From positions 1 through 11,994 of the forward strand of contig JBBCAV010000385.1 in NCBI GenBank assembly GCA_051382305.1: DNA of 11,994 bases, read 5' to 3'. Shown one piece after another: positions 1 to 7,438 of the stretch. Under the pieces are notes generated by a model that saw nothing but the letters and a program-made list of their open reading frames with translations, did not search any database and had not been told where the DNA came from. The DNA comes from Bdellovibrionota bacterium FG-2. Its GTDB lineage: Bacteria > Bdellovibrionota > UBA1018. The stretch's first letter is position 1. Every line of letters begins with the position of its first letter. A program made the position numbers and the translations under genes.

Positions 1-1
1 C

Positions 2-103
2 AAAGATAATCTGGCCGTAGAAAAAGAAGCACTCAAAAACGCCGCAAAGCGAAAACCCGCTACGACGAAGAAGACCAAATCCCGGGGTTCGCGTCAGTCC
101 TGA
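2..103 (+). CDS. 3' end of an unidentified gene entering from the left edge (…KDNLAVEKEALKNAAKRKPATTKKTKSRGSRQS*)
   Basis: Frame 2 is open from the window edge to TGA at 101-103 and encodes a basic low-complexity tail. Too short to assign a family. Confidence 0.5.
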   Translation, partial: KDNLAVEKEALKNAAKRKPATTKKTKSRGSRQS

Positions 104-167
104 ATCGGGCTGAATTTCTACGCCCTAGTCAACAACTAACCACCATAACAATGGAAAAGGAGCCCTC

Positions 168-203
168 ATGGCAACCAAGAAAAAAGCCGCTAAAAAGAAG
201 TAA
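168..203 (+). CDS. Putative 11-aa Lys/Ala-rich micropeptide MATKKKAAKKK
   Basis: AAGGAG Shine-Dalgarno at 157-162, ATG at 168, TAA at 201-203, followed directly by hairpins. Below the ORF-track length cutoff. Confidence 0.55.
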   Translation: MATKKKAAKKK

Positions 204-209
204 TCTCGT

Positions 210-265
210 TCCCACACTATGTGGGTTGTTAACAAGTGTGGGAGGGGGCACCCGTGTCCTCTCCC
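210..265 (+). other. Cluster of overlapping, mutually exclusive stem-loops downstream of the micro-ORF
   Basis: TCCCACACT(210-218)/AGTGTGGGA(235-243); CCCACA(211-216)/TGTGGG(220-225); palindrome TTGTTAACAA(226-235); GGGAGGGGGCAC(240-251)/GTGTCCTCTCCC(254-265) with G-U pairs on the + strand. Confidence 0.55.
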
Positions 266-508
266 GACAGCTTCTGTAATTTATTCCCGCTCCTTTCCTG
301 TTTTGTCCGGTTTATACTCCCCAATCATACCAACCCGACGCCAGAGATGCTGATGAATGTGGCGTCCACCCCTCACCGGCCTGTTGGGATTTACCTACAG
401 CAATCGATTGCTTCAGCCTCTCCCCCCCCACAACCGCACTAAGCCTTACTAGAATGGATGGCACTTTCCTTGCTTTGGACTCTCGGCTCAGACCAAAAAG
501 GAGAGAAC

Positions 509-1090
509 ATGAGAACCAAGATAAATCTATATCCCGCCTTCCTAACTGGAATCATTACCGTCGCCATTTCGGCATGTGGGGGTCCCAAGGATTCGCCAAA
601 AGCACAGCCCGCCCCAAAACCAACGGCCACGCCAACAAATCCACCTCAACCCCCCTCAAACAATGCCGAGGAAAGCGTTTTTGATGTGGACCCATGGACA
701 CGCTACATCAATATTCACGACGTCAATCTTAATGGATTTTCATTCGTTGTTTCGCTCGATAAGAATGAAGTTGGGCAAACTAGCCCAGATTCCGACGGAA
801 AATGGGCAAAGAAACTAGCCCCGGGGATTCATACGGTCAGTATACGCGCGGCAGCAGGACTCTCAAAACACACAGAGTTCATCATGAGGCTCTACTCTGG
901 TACGTACGCCCCTATCTACTTCCATGAGAGCCTTGGAAAGGGCCTCTGTGATTTTGCTTACTCAATCAATGACATCGATTGGCAATACCTAATCAATATG
1001 GGAAAGCAAGAAGCCACGTGTCCGATAAAAGTCGGCGAGAGCATTGACCTTGAATTTGAAGTCTCGGATAAACACCCTGGAGTAAAATAA
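509..1090 (+). CDS. Hypothetical lipoprotein with Pro-rich linker (193 aa)
   Basis: AAGGAG upstream favours ATG 509 over 458. Signal peptide MRTKINLYPAFLTGIITVAISA-C with lipobox ISAC, then a PAPKPTATPTNPPQPP linker and an unrecognised domain. Confidence 0.8.
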   Translation: MRTKINLYPAFLTGIITVAISACGGPKDSPKAQPAPKPTATPTNPPQPPSNNAEESVFDVDPWTRYINIHDVNLNGFSFVVSLDKNEVGQTSPDSDGKWAKKLAPGIHTVSIRAAAGLSKHTEFIMRLYSGTYAPIYFHESLGKGLCDFAYSINDIDWQYLINMGKQEATCPIKVGESIDLEFEVSDKHPGVK

Positions 1091-1200
1091 TCAGAGAAAC
1101 ATAGCCCCCCTCAATACACTGACCTCTCCTGTCACTGCGCCGATCTATAGTCCTAAATGTGTCCCCCTTCCAGCGAGACTACTTTATAGAATGAGGTCGC

Positions 1201-1257
1201 ATGCAGAAACTAATCCAAATCACTTTGCTTATACTTGTACTTGCCGGCTGTGCCACC
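1201..1257 (+). pseudogene. 5' half of a small lipoprotein gene interrupted by IS66 (MQKLIQITLLILVLAGCAT)
   Basis: GAGG SD just upstream of ATG 1201, hydrophobic signal and canonical lipobox LAGC. The segment ends exactly at the IS66 target duplication. Confidence 0.8.
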
Positions 1258-1341
1258 GTAAGCGCGGGTTTCTCCACATCTTCCCTTTTTCCAGGATAGC
1301 GGTGACCCTGAAAAGGAACCAACACCAGGGAGGGTGTAAAA

Positions 1342-1764
1342 ATGAGCATTCAGAAGCAAAAAGGGAGAGTGAGTGCAGAGCAGAGGGTATTGTACTGGGA
1401 GGGCCTGTTAGAACTCTTTAACCGTAGCGAGTTATCGGGGCAAGCGTTTTGTAAGCAGCAGGGCATCGCAGTCGCGACGTTTAACGGGTGGAAGAAGCGC
1501 CTGAGAGAAGCGAAAGCCGCGGAGGAAGGCTCACGAGGAGAAGATCTGGTGACATTGCCAGTGCTGCTTCCAAAAATGAGGGGTAAAGTTCAACGCAAAG
1601 AGGACTGGGAGGTCAATGGCGCACCAAAAGGAAAGTTCCCACATTCCCATCAGAGTATCGTCATTGGCGGGATGGAGCTTGGTTTTAGTGCCCATGCAGC
1701 GCCGGAGTGGATTGCTGCAGTGATTGCGGCGCTCTCGCGGCAACAAGGAGGGCGCACATGTTAA
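1342..1764 (+). CDS. tnpA: IS66 accessory protein TnpA (HTH)
   Basis: W…SELSGQAFCKQQGIAVATFNGWKKRL motif typical of IS66 Orf1. First ORF inside IRL, and it overlaps the tnpB start. Confidence 0.9.
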   Translation: MSIQKQKGRVSAEQRVLYWEGLLELFNRSELSGQAFCKQQGIAVATFNGWKKRLREAKAAEEGSRGEDLVTLPVLLPKMRGKVQRKEDWEVNGAPKGKFPHSHQSIVIGGMELGFSAHAAPEWIAAVIAALSRQQGGRTC

Positions 1765-1816
1765 ACTTATCGCGATTTAGCGAGATATACTTTTACGGTG
1801 GCGTCGTGGATTTTAG
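1758..1816 (+). pseudogene. tnpB: IS66 TnpB, 5' fragment (MLNLSRFSEIYFYGGVVDF)
   Basis: ATG 1758 with GGAGG upstream. Joins in frame to 3725 to give VDFRRSIDGLSALVE, the conserved IS66 TnpB motif. Confidence 0.92.
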
Positions 1817-1834
1817 CTGGCCAGTGACAAGTTC

Positions 1835-2203
1835 TCAGGACTTTCCGACAAACTTCTTGTTGTTGGTTTTATATATAAGACGGTATCTTTTTAGTCCGAG
1901 TTGGATCCATTTTTCTATCAATATGCGCATGGTTTTGTAGTTATGTGCTTGGCGCCTGGCCTCCAGGACCATGTCGCTTCTTAAAAACTCAGTCTTGCTC
2001 TTCCCCTTGTTAAAGTACGAGATTTGAAAATAGGGGCCATGTTTCTTGGGTTTTGTTAACCTTTGGCAGGCGCAACCACCTTTCCCACATGAAGCATATT
2101 GTTCGCTAATCGAGCCCGGCCTGAGTGGGCCTAAATCCACTAACTGTTTTTTGACCTGATCTATTTGATTATCTATTTGCCTCAAAGCGTCTTTGTGTTT
2201 CAT
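1835..2203 (-). CDS. DUF6788-like small basic protein (putative Zn-binding), passenger or accessory gene of the nested IS
   Basis: Motif LRPGSISEQYASCGKGGCAC…KHGPYFQISY…GKSKT resembles DUF6788 as I recall it. The stop codon abuts the left IR. Confidence 0.75.
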   Translation of the reverse strand: MKHKDALRQIDNQIDQVKKQLVDLGPLRPGSISEQYASCGKGGCACQRLTKPKKHGPYFQISYFNKGKSKTEFLRSDMVLEARRQAHNYKTMRILIEKWIQLGLKRYRLIYKTNNKKFVGKS

Positions 2204-2257
2204 AGCTTATAGCATATACAAGTAGGCAGACATAAATTCAATAAGGACGATAAAAAG

Positions 2258-3685
2258 ATGATTCTTTGGATAAGATGGATGAATTGCGTTAAGGAATTAA
2301 GACCGGCCTTTTCTCGAACTCGAACCTTTCTTTGGTTTACTTTGGTCCTTATGGGGATGGCCGTCAGGACTGAGCAGGCGGGGGTGACAAGCTTGGTTAG
2401 AGCTCACGGTTTTCGCGAGGGGTCCTATTATAGGTTTTTGCACCTTTTTCACAGTTCGGCCGTAAAGCTCCACAAATTACGTAATGCCTGGGTTTGTCTG
2501 AGCCTTCGAATATTTAGAAAATATTTGGTCACTTTTAACGGGCGAATCGTATTGATTTGCGATGGAATTAAGATCCCAAAAGAAGGGAGAAAGATGCCAG
2601 GGGTTAAGCGGCTGTTTCAAAGTTCAGACAATAACTCGAAACCTGAATACATTGACGGCCACTCCTGTCAGGCCATCAACTTGCTCGTACAGTCTGGTGG
2701 CGGTAGCTTTGCCGTTCCTTGGGTCAATGAGATACACGAAGGTGCAGACCTTACGGAGACAGCCCAAAAGATGAGCCTCATCGACAAGCTTATCGAAATG
2801 ATTCGCAAGCTAAAGTTGGACTTCCCATTTTATCTGGTAGCTGATGCATTTTACGCAAACCGACGAGCAGCCTTACCGCTTCTTCATTCGGGAAATCACC
2901 TCGTTTCCAGAATGCGAAAAAACTCCGTTGCCTACGAGGACTTCTCACTTTATCAATACAAGCGAAAAGAAAAGCGGTTACCGGGGCGACCTAAAAGCTA
3001 CGGTAAGAAGATTAAACTAAAAGATCTTTTCGCAGAATCGCGGTTGTTCGCGGTAGCTCCCAGCCCTGTGCCGGGCGATCGAGACATTCAAATTCGTTAT
3101 CGCGTTGTCGATCTCTATTGGCGGCCTATGGGGCCTCGAAAAGTACGGTTCGTTCTAGCGGAACATCCTGTACGGGGACGGCTAATCCTGCTGTGCACTG
3201 ACATGACATTGCATGCCCTTTCGATTATCCGACTCTACAATCTTCGCTTTCGCATTGAGCTGGGCTTCAAACAATTGATTTACACGCTGGGCGGTTTCAC
3301 CTACCACTTCTGGATGAAGTCCATGAAGCGAAGAAAAAGATTTGAGAGAGAAAGAACTGATCTGACATTAGAGTCGAGTGCTTATAGAAGAGATATACGT
3401 CGCAAGTTGCGCGCCTACGAGCTTCACATTCAATGCGCTCTGATCGCACAGGGCCTTCTCCAATATCTTGCGATCAAATTACCCAAAGGGGTTTGGGGTT
3501 GTTTTGGGAGTTGGCTACGAACAATGAATCCCAATCAGTGCCCTTCTGAGCAGGTCGTGTCTCAAGCACTAAGAACAAGCCTTCCTGAATTTCTCAGCGT
3601 TATGAAAAAATACAAAAACCTCGAGAAATTCGTCGACGAGTGGCGGCCTCCACCAAAACTCCGGGAATTTCTGAAGGTGTCTTGA
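2258..3685 (+). CDS. DDE transposase, IS4/IS701-like (DDE_5-type), 475 aa
   Basis: Candidate catalytic motifs LICDG, VADAFY and YNLRFRIELGFKQL (IS4-like YxxRxxIE signature), plus RLPGRPKSYG. AAGGA SD upstream. Bounded by IRs. Confidence 0.92.
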   Translation: MILWIRWMNCVKELRPAFSRTRTFLWFTLVLMGMAVRTEQAGVTSLVRAHGFREGSYYRFLHLFHSSAVKLHKLRNAWVCLSLRIFRKYLVTFNGRIVLICDGIKIPKEGRKMPGVKRLFQSSDNNSKPEYIDGHSCQAINLLVQSGGGSFAVPWVNEIHEGADLTETAQKMSLIDKLIEMIRKLKLDFPFYLVADAFYANRRAALPLLHSGNHLVSRMRKNSVAYEDFSLYQYKRKEKRLPGRPKSYGKKIKLKDLFAESRLFAVAPSPVPGDRDIQIRYRVVDLYWRPMGPRKVRFVLAEHPVRGRLILLCTDMTLHALSIIRLYNLRFRIELGFKQLIYTLGGFTYHFWMKSMKRRKRFERERTDLTLESSAYRRDIRRKLRAYELHIQCALIAQGLLQYLAIKLPKGVWGCFGSWLRTMNPNQCPSEQVVSQALRTSLPEFLSVMKKYKNLEKFVDEWRPPPKLREFLKVS

Positions 3686-3724
3686 GTTGATTTCTTGAAA
3701 AACCTGTCACTGGCCAGATTTTAG

Positions 3725-4022
3725 GCGCTCCATTGATGGGCTTTCCGCTTTAGTCGAAGAAAGCATGGGCCAGAATCCTTTTACGGGGAGTCTTTTCTTA
3801 TTCGTGAGTCGCGACAAAAGAAAGATCAAGATGTTGTTCTGGGATCTTACGGGTTTCGCCCTCGTTTACAAAAGGCTTGAGCGGGATCGGTTTCCCGTGG
3901 AACGAAAGCGTGAGGCCCGAACAATTCAACTGCAGCGCCAACAACTGGAGTGGCTCTTATCGGGGATTGATTGGTGGAAAATCAAACGACACGAGCCCGT
4001 AGTTTTGGAAAAAGTTGGCTGA
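3725..4022 (+). pseudogene. tnpB: IS66 TnpB, 3' fragment
   Basis: RSIDGLS…NPFTGSLFLFVSRDKRKIKMLFWDLTGFALVYKRLERDRF…QLEWLLSGID is typical IS66 TnpB. Confidence 0.95.
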
Positions 4023-4097
4023 AGAAAAAACGAAAAATACTTTAAAAATCTGTGATTTTTGGTTGAAGTTTTCTGATGAAGTGGCATCTTTTGTTTT

Positions 4098-5636
4098 GTG
4101 ACGATGAACATAATTCTTCAGAAAACGGCGCAAATAATCGAGAATCTCGGTGCCCGCCTCAGTTCATCTGAAAAAGATCGTCAGCGGCTGGAACAAGAGA
4201 AGGAGCTTCTGCTGGAGAAGATCCGACTTCTTCAGTTCAGGCAATTTGGGAAGAAAACCGAAAAGTGGAATGAAGACTTTACGGAAGTGTTGCCTGGAAT
4301 TTTGCCCGATGCGGGAGCCACTGACGAAGACGCTGAAGTTGAAGTCGTCACGGTCGCAGAACACACGAAGAAAAAGCCAGGGAGACGGCCGTTATCAGAA
4401 GATCTTCCCAGAGAAGAGCGGCTTGTGGATCTTCCTGAGTCTGAAAAGATCTGCGCTATACATGGAGTTCTTCTTAAAAGGATTGGAGAAGAGCGTAGTG
4501 AGGCGTTAGAGTTCGTCCCCGCAAAATGCAAAGTCATCGCAACGGTGCGCCCGAAGTACCTTTGCCCTTGCTGCGAAGACACGGACATTCGCGTGGCTCC
4601 GGCCCCCTTAAAGTTGATCCCCAAGAGTATATCGACTCCTAGTTTTTTGACGAACATTGTGATCTCGAAGTTTTTGGATCACTGTCCACTCTATCGCCAA
4701 GAAGGCATGTACGAGCGAATTGGCGTCGAACTTTCTCGTGGCACAATGGCAGAATGGATCATTCGCCTAGGTAAAGCGGTGACCCCGCTTATGAATCTTC
4801 TTCAAGAGCGGCTTATTGATGGGGAGTATCTCTCTTGCGATGAAACTCCGCTTCGAGTTCTGACCGAAGACGGCAAACAGATCAAGAATCTTCACTATCT
4901 TTGGGTCCGAAGCCGACCATCGGATTTTGGGACACCGATTATTCTCTTTGAGTATGCAAGCTCAAGGCGAGCCGCAGTAGCAAAAGAGATTTTAGAGGGA
5001 TTTAAGGGCTATCTGCAGGTGGATCAATACGTAGGTTACGATTTTACGGGAAAAACTGTGCATATCGTAAGAGTTGGGTGCTGGGCGCACGTTCGCCGCA
5101 AATTTTTTGAGGCGATGAAAATTATGAAGTCGCAGGGCCGGAAGACGGGCGTCCCATCACGGGTGCTGTCGCTCATCAAAAAGCTATATCGAGCTGACGA
5201 GGCGGCCCAAGGGATCCACCCAGACGAAAGAACTGAGGCCCGGAAGAAACTTGCGCAGCCGATTTTAGATGAACTCAAACTTCTACTTGAAACCTCCAAA
5301 CAGCAGATCCCCGATCAGTCGGCTGTCGGCAAAGCAATTCGATACACCCTCAATGCCTGGGATTGCTTGATAAAGATTTTTGATGATCACCGGATTCGCC
5401 TTGATAACAACATCACGGAGAATGCGATTCGTCCGGTCGCGATCGGGAGAAAGAATTACCTCTTCTGTCAGACCCCTGAGGGCGCCAGGGCGGCGGCCGC
5501 AATCTACTCCCTCATAGCCACGGCCAAAGCCAACGATCTGGATGTCCGCGAGTACTTCATGAATCTTATTGAAAAGCTACCGGCTGCGAAGACCCTGGAA
5601 GACTTCGAGGCGCTCTTGCCTCTAAAATCCGCTTAA
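4098..5636 (+). CDS. tnpC: IS66 DDE transposase TnpC (start may be ATG 4104)
   Basis: N-terminal coiled coil + QFGKKTE, GRRPLSEDLPR, Zn finger (CAIH…CPCC), HCPLYRQE, CDETP, CWAHVRRKF, DNNITENAIRPVAIGRKNYLF, SLIATAKAN. Confidence 0.97.
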   Translation: MTMNIILQKTAQIIENLGARLSSSEKDRQRLEQEKELLLEKIRLLQFRQFGKKTEKWNEDFTEVLPGILPDAGATDEDAEVEVVTVAEHTKKKPGRRPLSEDLPREERLVDLPESEKICAIHGVLLKRIGEERSEALEFVPAKCKVIATVRPKYLCPCCEDTDIRVAPAPLKLIPKSISTPSFLTNIVISKFLDHCPLYRQEGMYERIGVELSRGTMAEWIIRLGKAVTPLMNLLQERLIDGEYLSCDETPLRVLTEDGKQIKNLHYLWVRSRPSDFGTPIILFEYASSRRAAVAKEILEGFKGYLQVDQYVGYDFTGKTVHIVRVGCWAHVRRKFFEAMKIMKSQGRKTGVPSRVLSLIKKLYRADEAAQGIHPDERTEARKKLAQPILDELKLLLETSKQQIPDQSAVGKAIRYTLNAWDCLIKIFDDHRIRLDNNITENAIRPVAIGRKNYLFCQTPEGARAAAAIYSLIATAKANDLDVREYFMNLIEKLPAAKTLEDFEALLPLKSA

Positions 5637-5713
5637 GTCCCCCCACGCTACGCATCGTTACAGGAAAATCAATGTCCTTCAAGATGTGGAGAAACCCCCG
5701 CTTACGTGCCACC

Positions 5714-5797
5714 ACGCAAGACAGGTGCGTACCGCTTGATAATTACTATCTCCCGTCAACTGGATATGTCCGATCTTGCCAGTGCTGCCAAAAATAG
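5714..5797 (+). pseudogene. 3' half of the IS66-interrupted lipoprotein gene (TQDRCVPLDNYYLPSTGYVRSCQCCQK*)
   Basis: In frame with 1201-1257 after removing the IS and one TSD copy. TAG at 5795-5797. Confidence 0.7.
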
Positions 5798-5822
5798 AAT
5801 CACAGCCGACCAAAACCCAATA

Positions 5823-6464
5823 CTATTCTAGGCGCTCAGCAATGCCCTCACTCCAAATCTTCTCAAATCGGGCCTTGTACCTCGCCACTATCGCAGGAGT
5901 GCTTAGATAAACCTGATTCTCATTGTTCTTGAAAGCCGCGCCATTAGTATAGTTGAAAGAGCCAGTTTCAAGCACCTTTCCGTCTACAATGACAAACTTG
6001 TTATGCATGATTCCGCGTTGATGCCCGATCTTTACCTTAGCCCCCGCCTTCACAAGAAGCGGAACCAAAGAATGATCAGATTTTGCCTGCCTGCGATCCA
6101 CCAGGATTCGCACCTGGATTTTTTTGGTCTGCACCAGAATCTCATGAACAAGTTTATCGAGGTTGAGGTCAAAAATCGCAATATCGAGGGAGGTCTTCGC
6201 TGACTGTATGAATTTTACGAGCTTAATATCGCAAGGATCATCCGGCGCAAAACAAACCTCATCCGCAACGGGAGCCGCCACTAGCACTTCGTTAACGATC
6301 GATTTAGCGGCTTCGGCGATGCCGTGTTTCTTGGAACGGGCGTGAGCGCTTGGGCATAGCGCTACGAGCACAAAAACGCCCAGAAACCAACCAAAGCTCC
6401 TCTGCATCGATCTTCGTGCTCCTAAAGCGCTGAACTGGACCATGGGCGTGACTCCTATCTTCAT
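5823..6464 (-). CDS. Phospholipase D-family (single HKD, Nuc-like) nuclease/phosphodiesterase, probably exported
   Basis: MHNKFVIVD…TGSFNYT…NNEN and IQSAKTSLDIAIF motifs. Signal-like FGWFLGVFVLVALCPSAHA. Start ambiguous: 6464 (ATGA overlap with upstream gene), or 6443 or 6407 (both have AGGAG upstream). Confidence 0.9.
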   Translation of the reverse strand: MKIGVTPMVQFSALGARRSMQRSFGWFLGVFVLVALCPSAHARSKKHGIAEAAKSIVNEVLVAAPVADEVCFAPDDPCDIKLVKFIQSAKTSLDIAIFDLNLDKLVHEILVQTKKIQVRILVDRRQAKSDHSLVPLLVKAGAKVKIGHQRGIMHNKFVIVDGKVLETGSFNYTNGAAFKNNENQVYLSTPAIVARYKARFEKIWSEGIAERLE

Positions 6465-7366
6465 CCTTGTGCTTCAACATCATTCCAAAACTTTGAGACT
6501 GTCTCAATAAACAGATCCGGCTCCTCGAGGTGCGCACAATGAGCGCTTTTCTCAAAAATCACTAAACGCCCCCCAGGCACCAAAGCCGCCTGCCGAGAGA
6601 CGGTTTCCGGAGTGGCTTCATCATAACGCCCACAGGTAAAAAGGGTCGGTACACGAATGTTACGCAATTCCGAAGTGCGGTCATAGTTTTTGAGGTTCCC
6701 TGTTGCCGTAAACTCCGAGGGGCCCCACATCGTTTGGTACACGTCATTTCCATTTCCAACTACTGATCGACTCAGCGGTAGCGGCATATCGGGAAGGCGA
6801 CAAAGAAAACGAGCATTAAACTTATTCTTGGCATCCATATACTCAGCCGACGATGTCGTTCCCTCGGCTTCATGTTTTTGAGTGAGCGCCAGCCATTCGG
6901 GCCCCATCTCCCGACAGAGGCGCTTTGCATCTTCAGCCCACTGGGGTGCGCTCAAACAAGGACTTTTAAAAACAATACTCGCGACGTGCTGGGGATAAGC
7001 CATGTAGTAATCCATTCCGAGCATCGTTCCCCATGAACTTCCTAAAAGGTGCCATTTCTCGATTTCCAGCGTCTTCCTGATGGTTTCCAGCTCTTCAACA
7101 AAATGGGCGCAGTTCCAACTATCTGTCTGCTTTGGCCGGTCGGAACGTCCGCACCCCAATTGATCGTAGAAAAGAATCTTACGATCGTGACCGACGACCT
7201 CAAGTGGTTCGAGGTAGTCGTGCGGAAAACCGGGACCACCGTGGAGAGTCACCACTGGAGTTTTTTCAGACGCCCCTACCAGTCGAAACCAGATCTTTCC
7301 GGCTGGGGTTGGAATCTGCCCTGATTTGCTGACTAAGACATTTAGTAGATCATTTGAGTTCTGCAT
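6461..7366 (-). CDS. Proline iminopeptidase-family alpha/beta hydrolase
   Basis: LHGGPG, FYDQLGCGRS, nucleophile elbow GSSWG, MWGPSEF, GRYDEATP, SAHCAHLEEP. Confidence 0.93.
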   Translation of the reverse strand: MQNSNDLLNVLVSKSGQIPTPAGKIWFRLVGASEKTPVVTLHGGPGFPHDYLEPLEVVGHDRKILFYDQLGCGRSDRPKQTDSWNCAHFVEELETIRKTLEIEKWHLLGSSWGTMLGMDYYMAYPQHVASIVFKSPCLSAPQWAEDAKRLCREMGPEWLALTQKHEAEGTTSSAEYMDAKNKFNARFLCRLPDMPLPLSRSVVGNGNDVYQTMWGPSEFTATGNLKNYDRTSELRNIRVPTLFTCGRYDEATPETVSRQAALVPGGRLVIFEKSAHCAHLEEPDLFIETVSKFWNDVEAQG

Positions 7367-7438
7367 TCTCGGATCCTCACAATCACTTCCGAATATCTAC
7401 CACTGCGCGATCCGGGTCTTCAATCCCTTAAACTCAAC

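Larger units (their letters stand above)
1817..3717 (+). mobile_element. 1901-bp two-gene IS (IS4/IS701-like DDE superfamily) nested in IS66 tnpB
   Basis: Terminal IRs CTGGCCAGTGACAAGTT (1817-1833) and AACCTGTCACTGGCCAG (3701-3717) match at 16/17. 7-bp direct repeat ATTTTAG at 1810-1816 and 3718-3724. In-silico excision restores a 118-aa TnpB. Confidence 0.95.
1258..5705 (+). mobile_element. IS66-family insertion sequence (4448 bp as found; 2540 bp after removing the nested IS and one TSD copy)
   Basis: IRL GTAAGCGCGGGTTTCTCCACATCTT (1258-1282) and IRR (5681-5705) match at 24/25. 8-bp TSD GTGCCACC at 1250-1257 and 5706-5713. GTAA ends, 8-bp TSD and tnpA-tnpB-tnpC order are typical of IS66. 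Confidence 0.97.

Noticed and set aside
236-442. 68-aa ORF and the other short shadow ORFs in the track (e.g. 4150-4509, 4232-4657, 7566-7982, 8780-9061, 11466-11804)
   Set aside because: No recognisable motifs. They overlap structured RNA or lie antisense or out of frame to well-supported genes.
1707-1940. 77-aa ORF, and the separate 85-aa ORF at 3765-4022, as independent genes
   Set aside because: They are the two halves of the interrupted IS66 tnpB. The first is a read-through into the nested IS.
1758-4022. RNA-guided TnpB nuclease
   Set aside because: IS66 TnpB is an unrelated ~118-aa accessory protein. There is no RuvC or Zn-ribbon IS200/IS605 TnpB here.
4044-4060. AT-rich palindrome AAAAATC-TGT-GATTTTT between tnpB and tnpC
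   Set aside because: Short and low-complexity. It may be regulatory but cannot be supported from the sequence alone.
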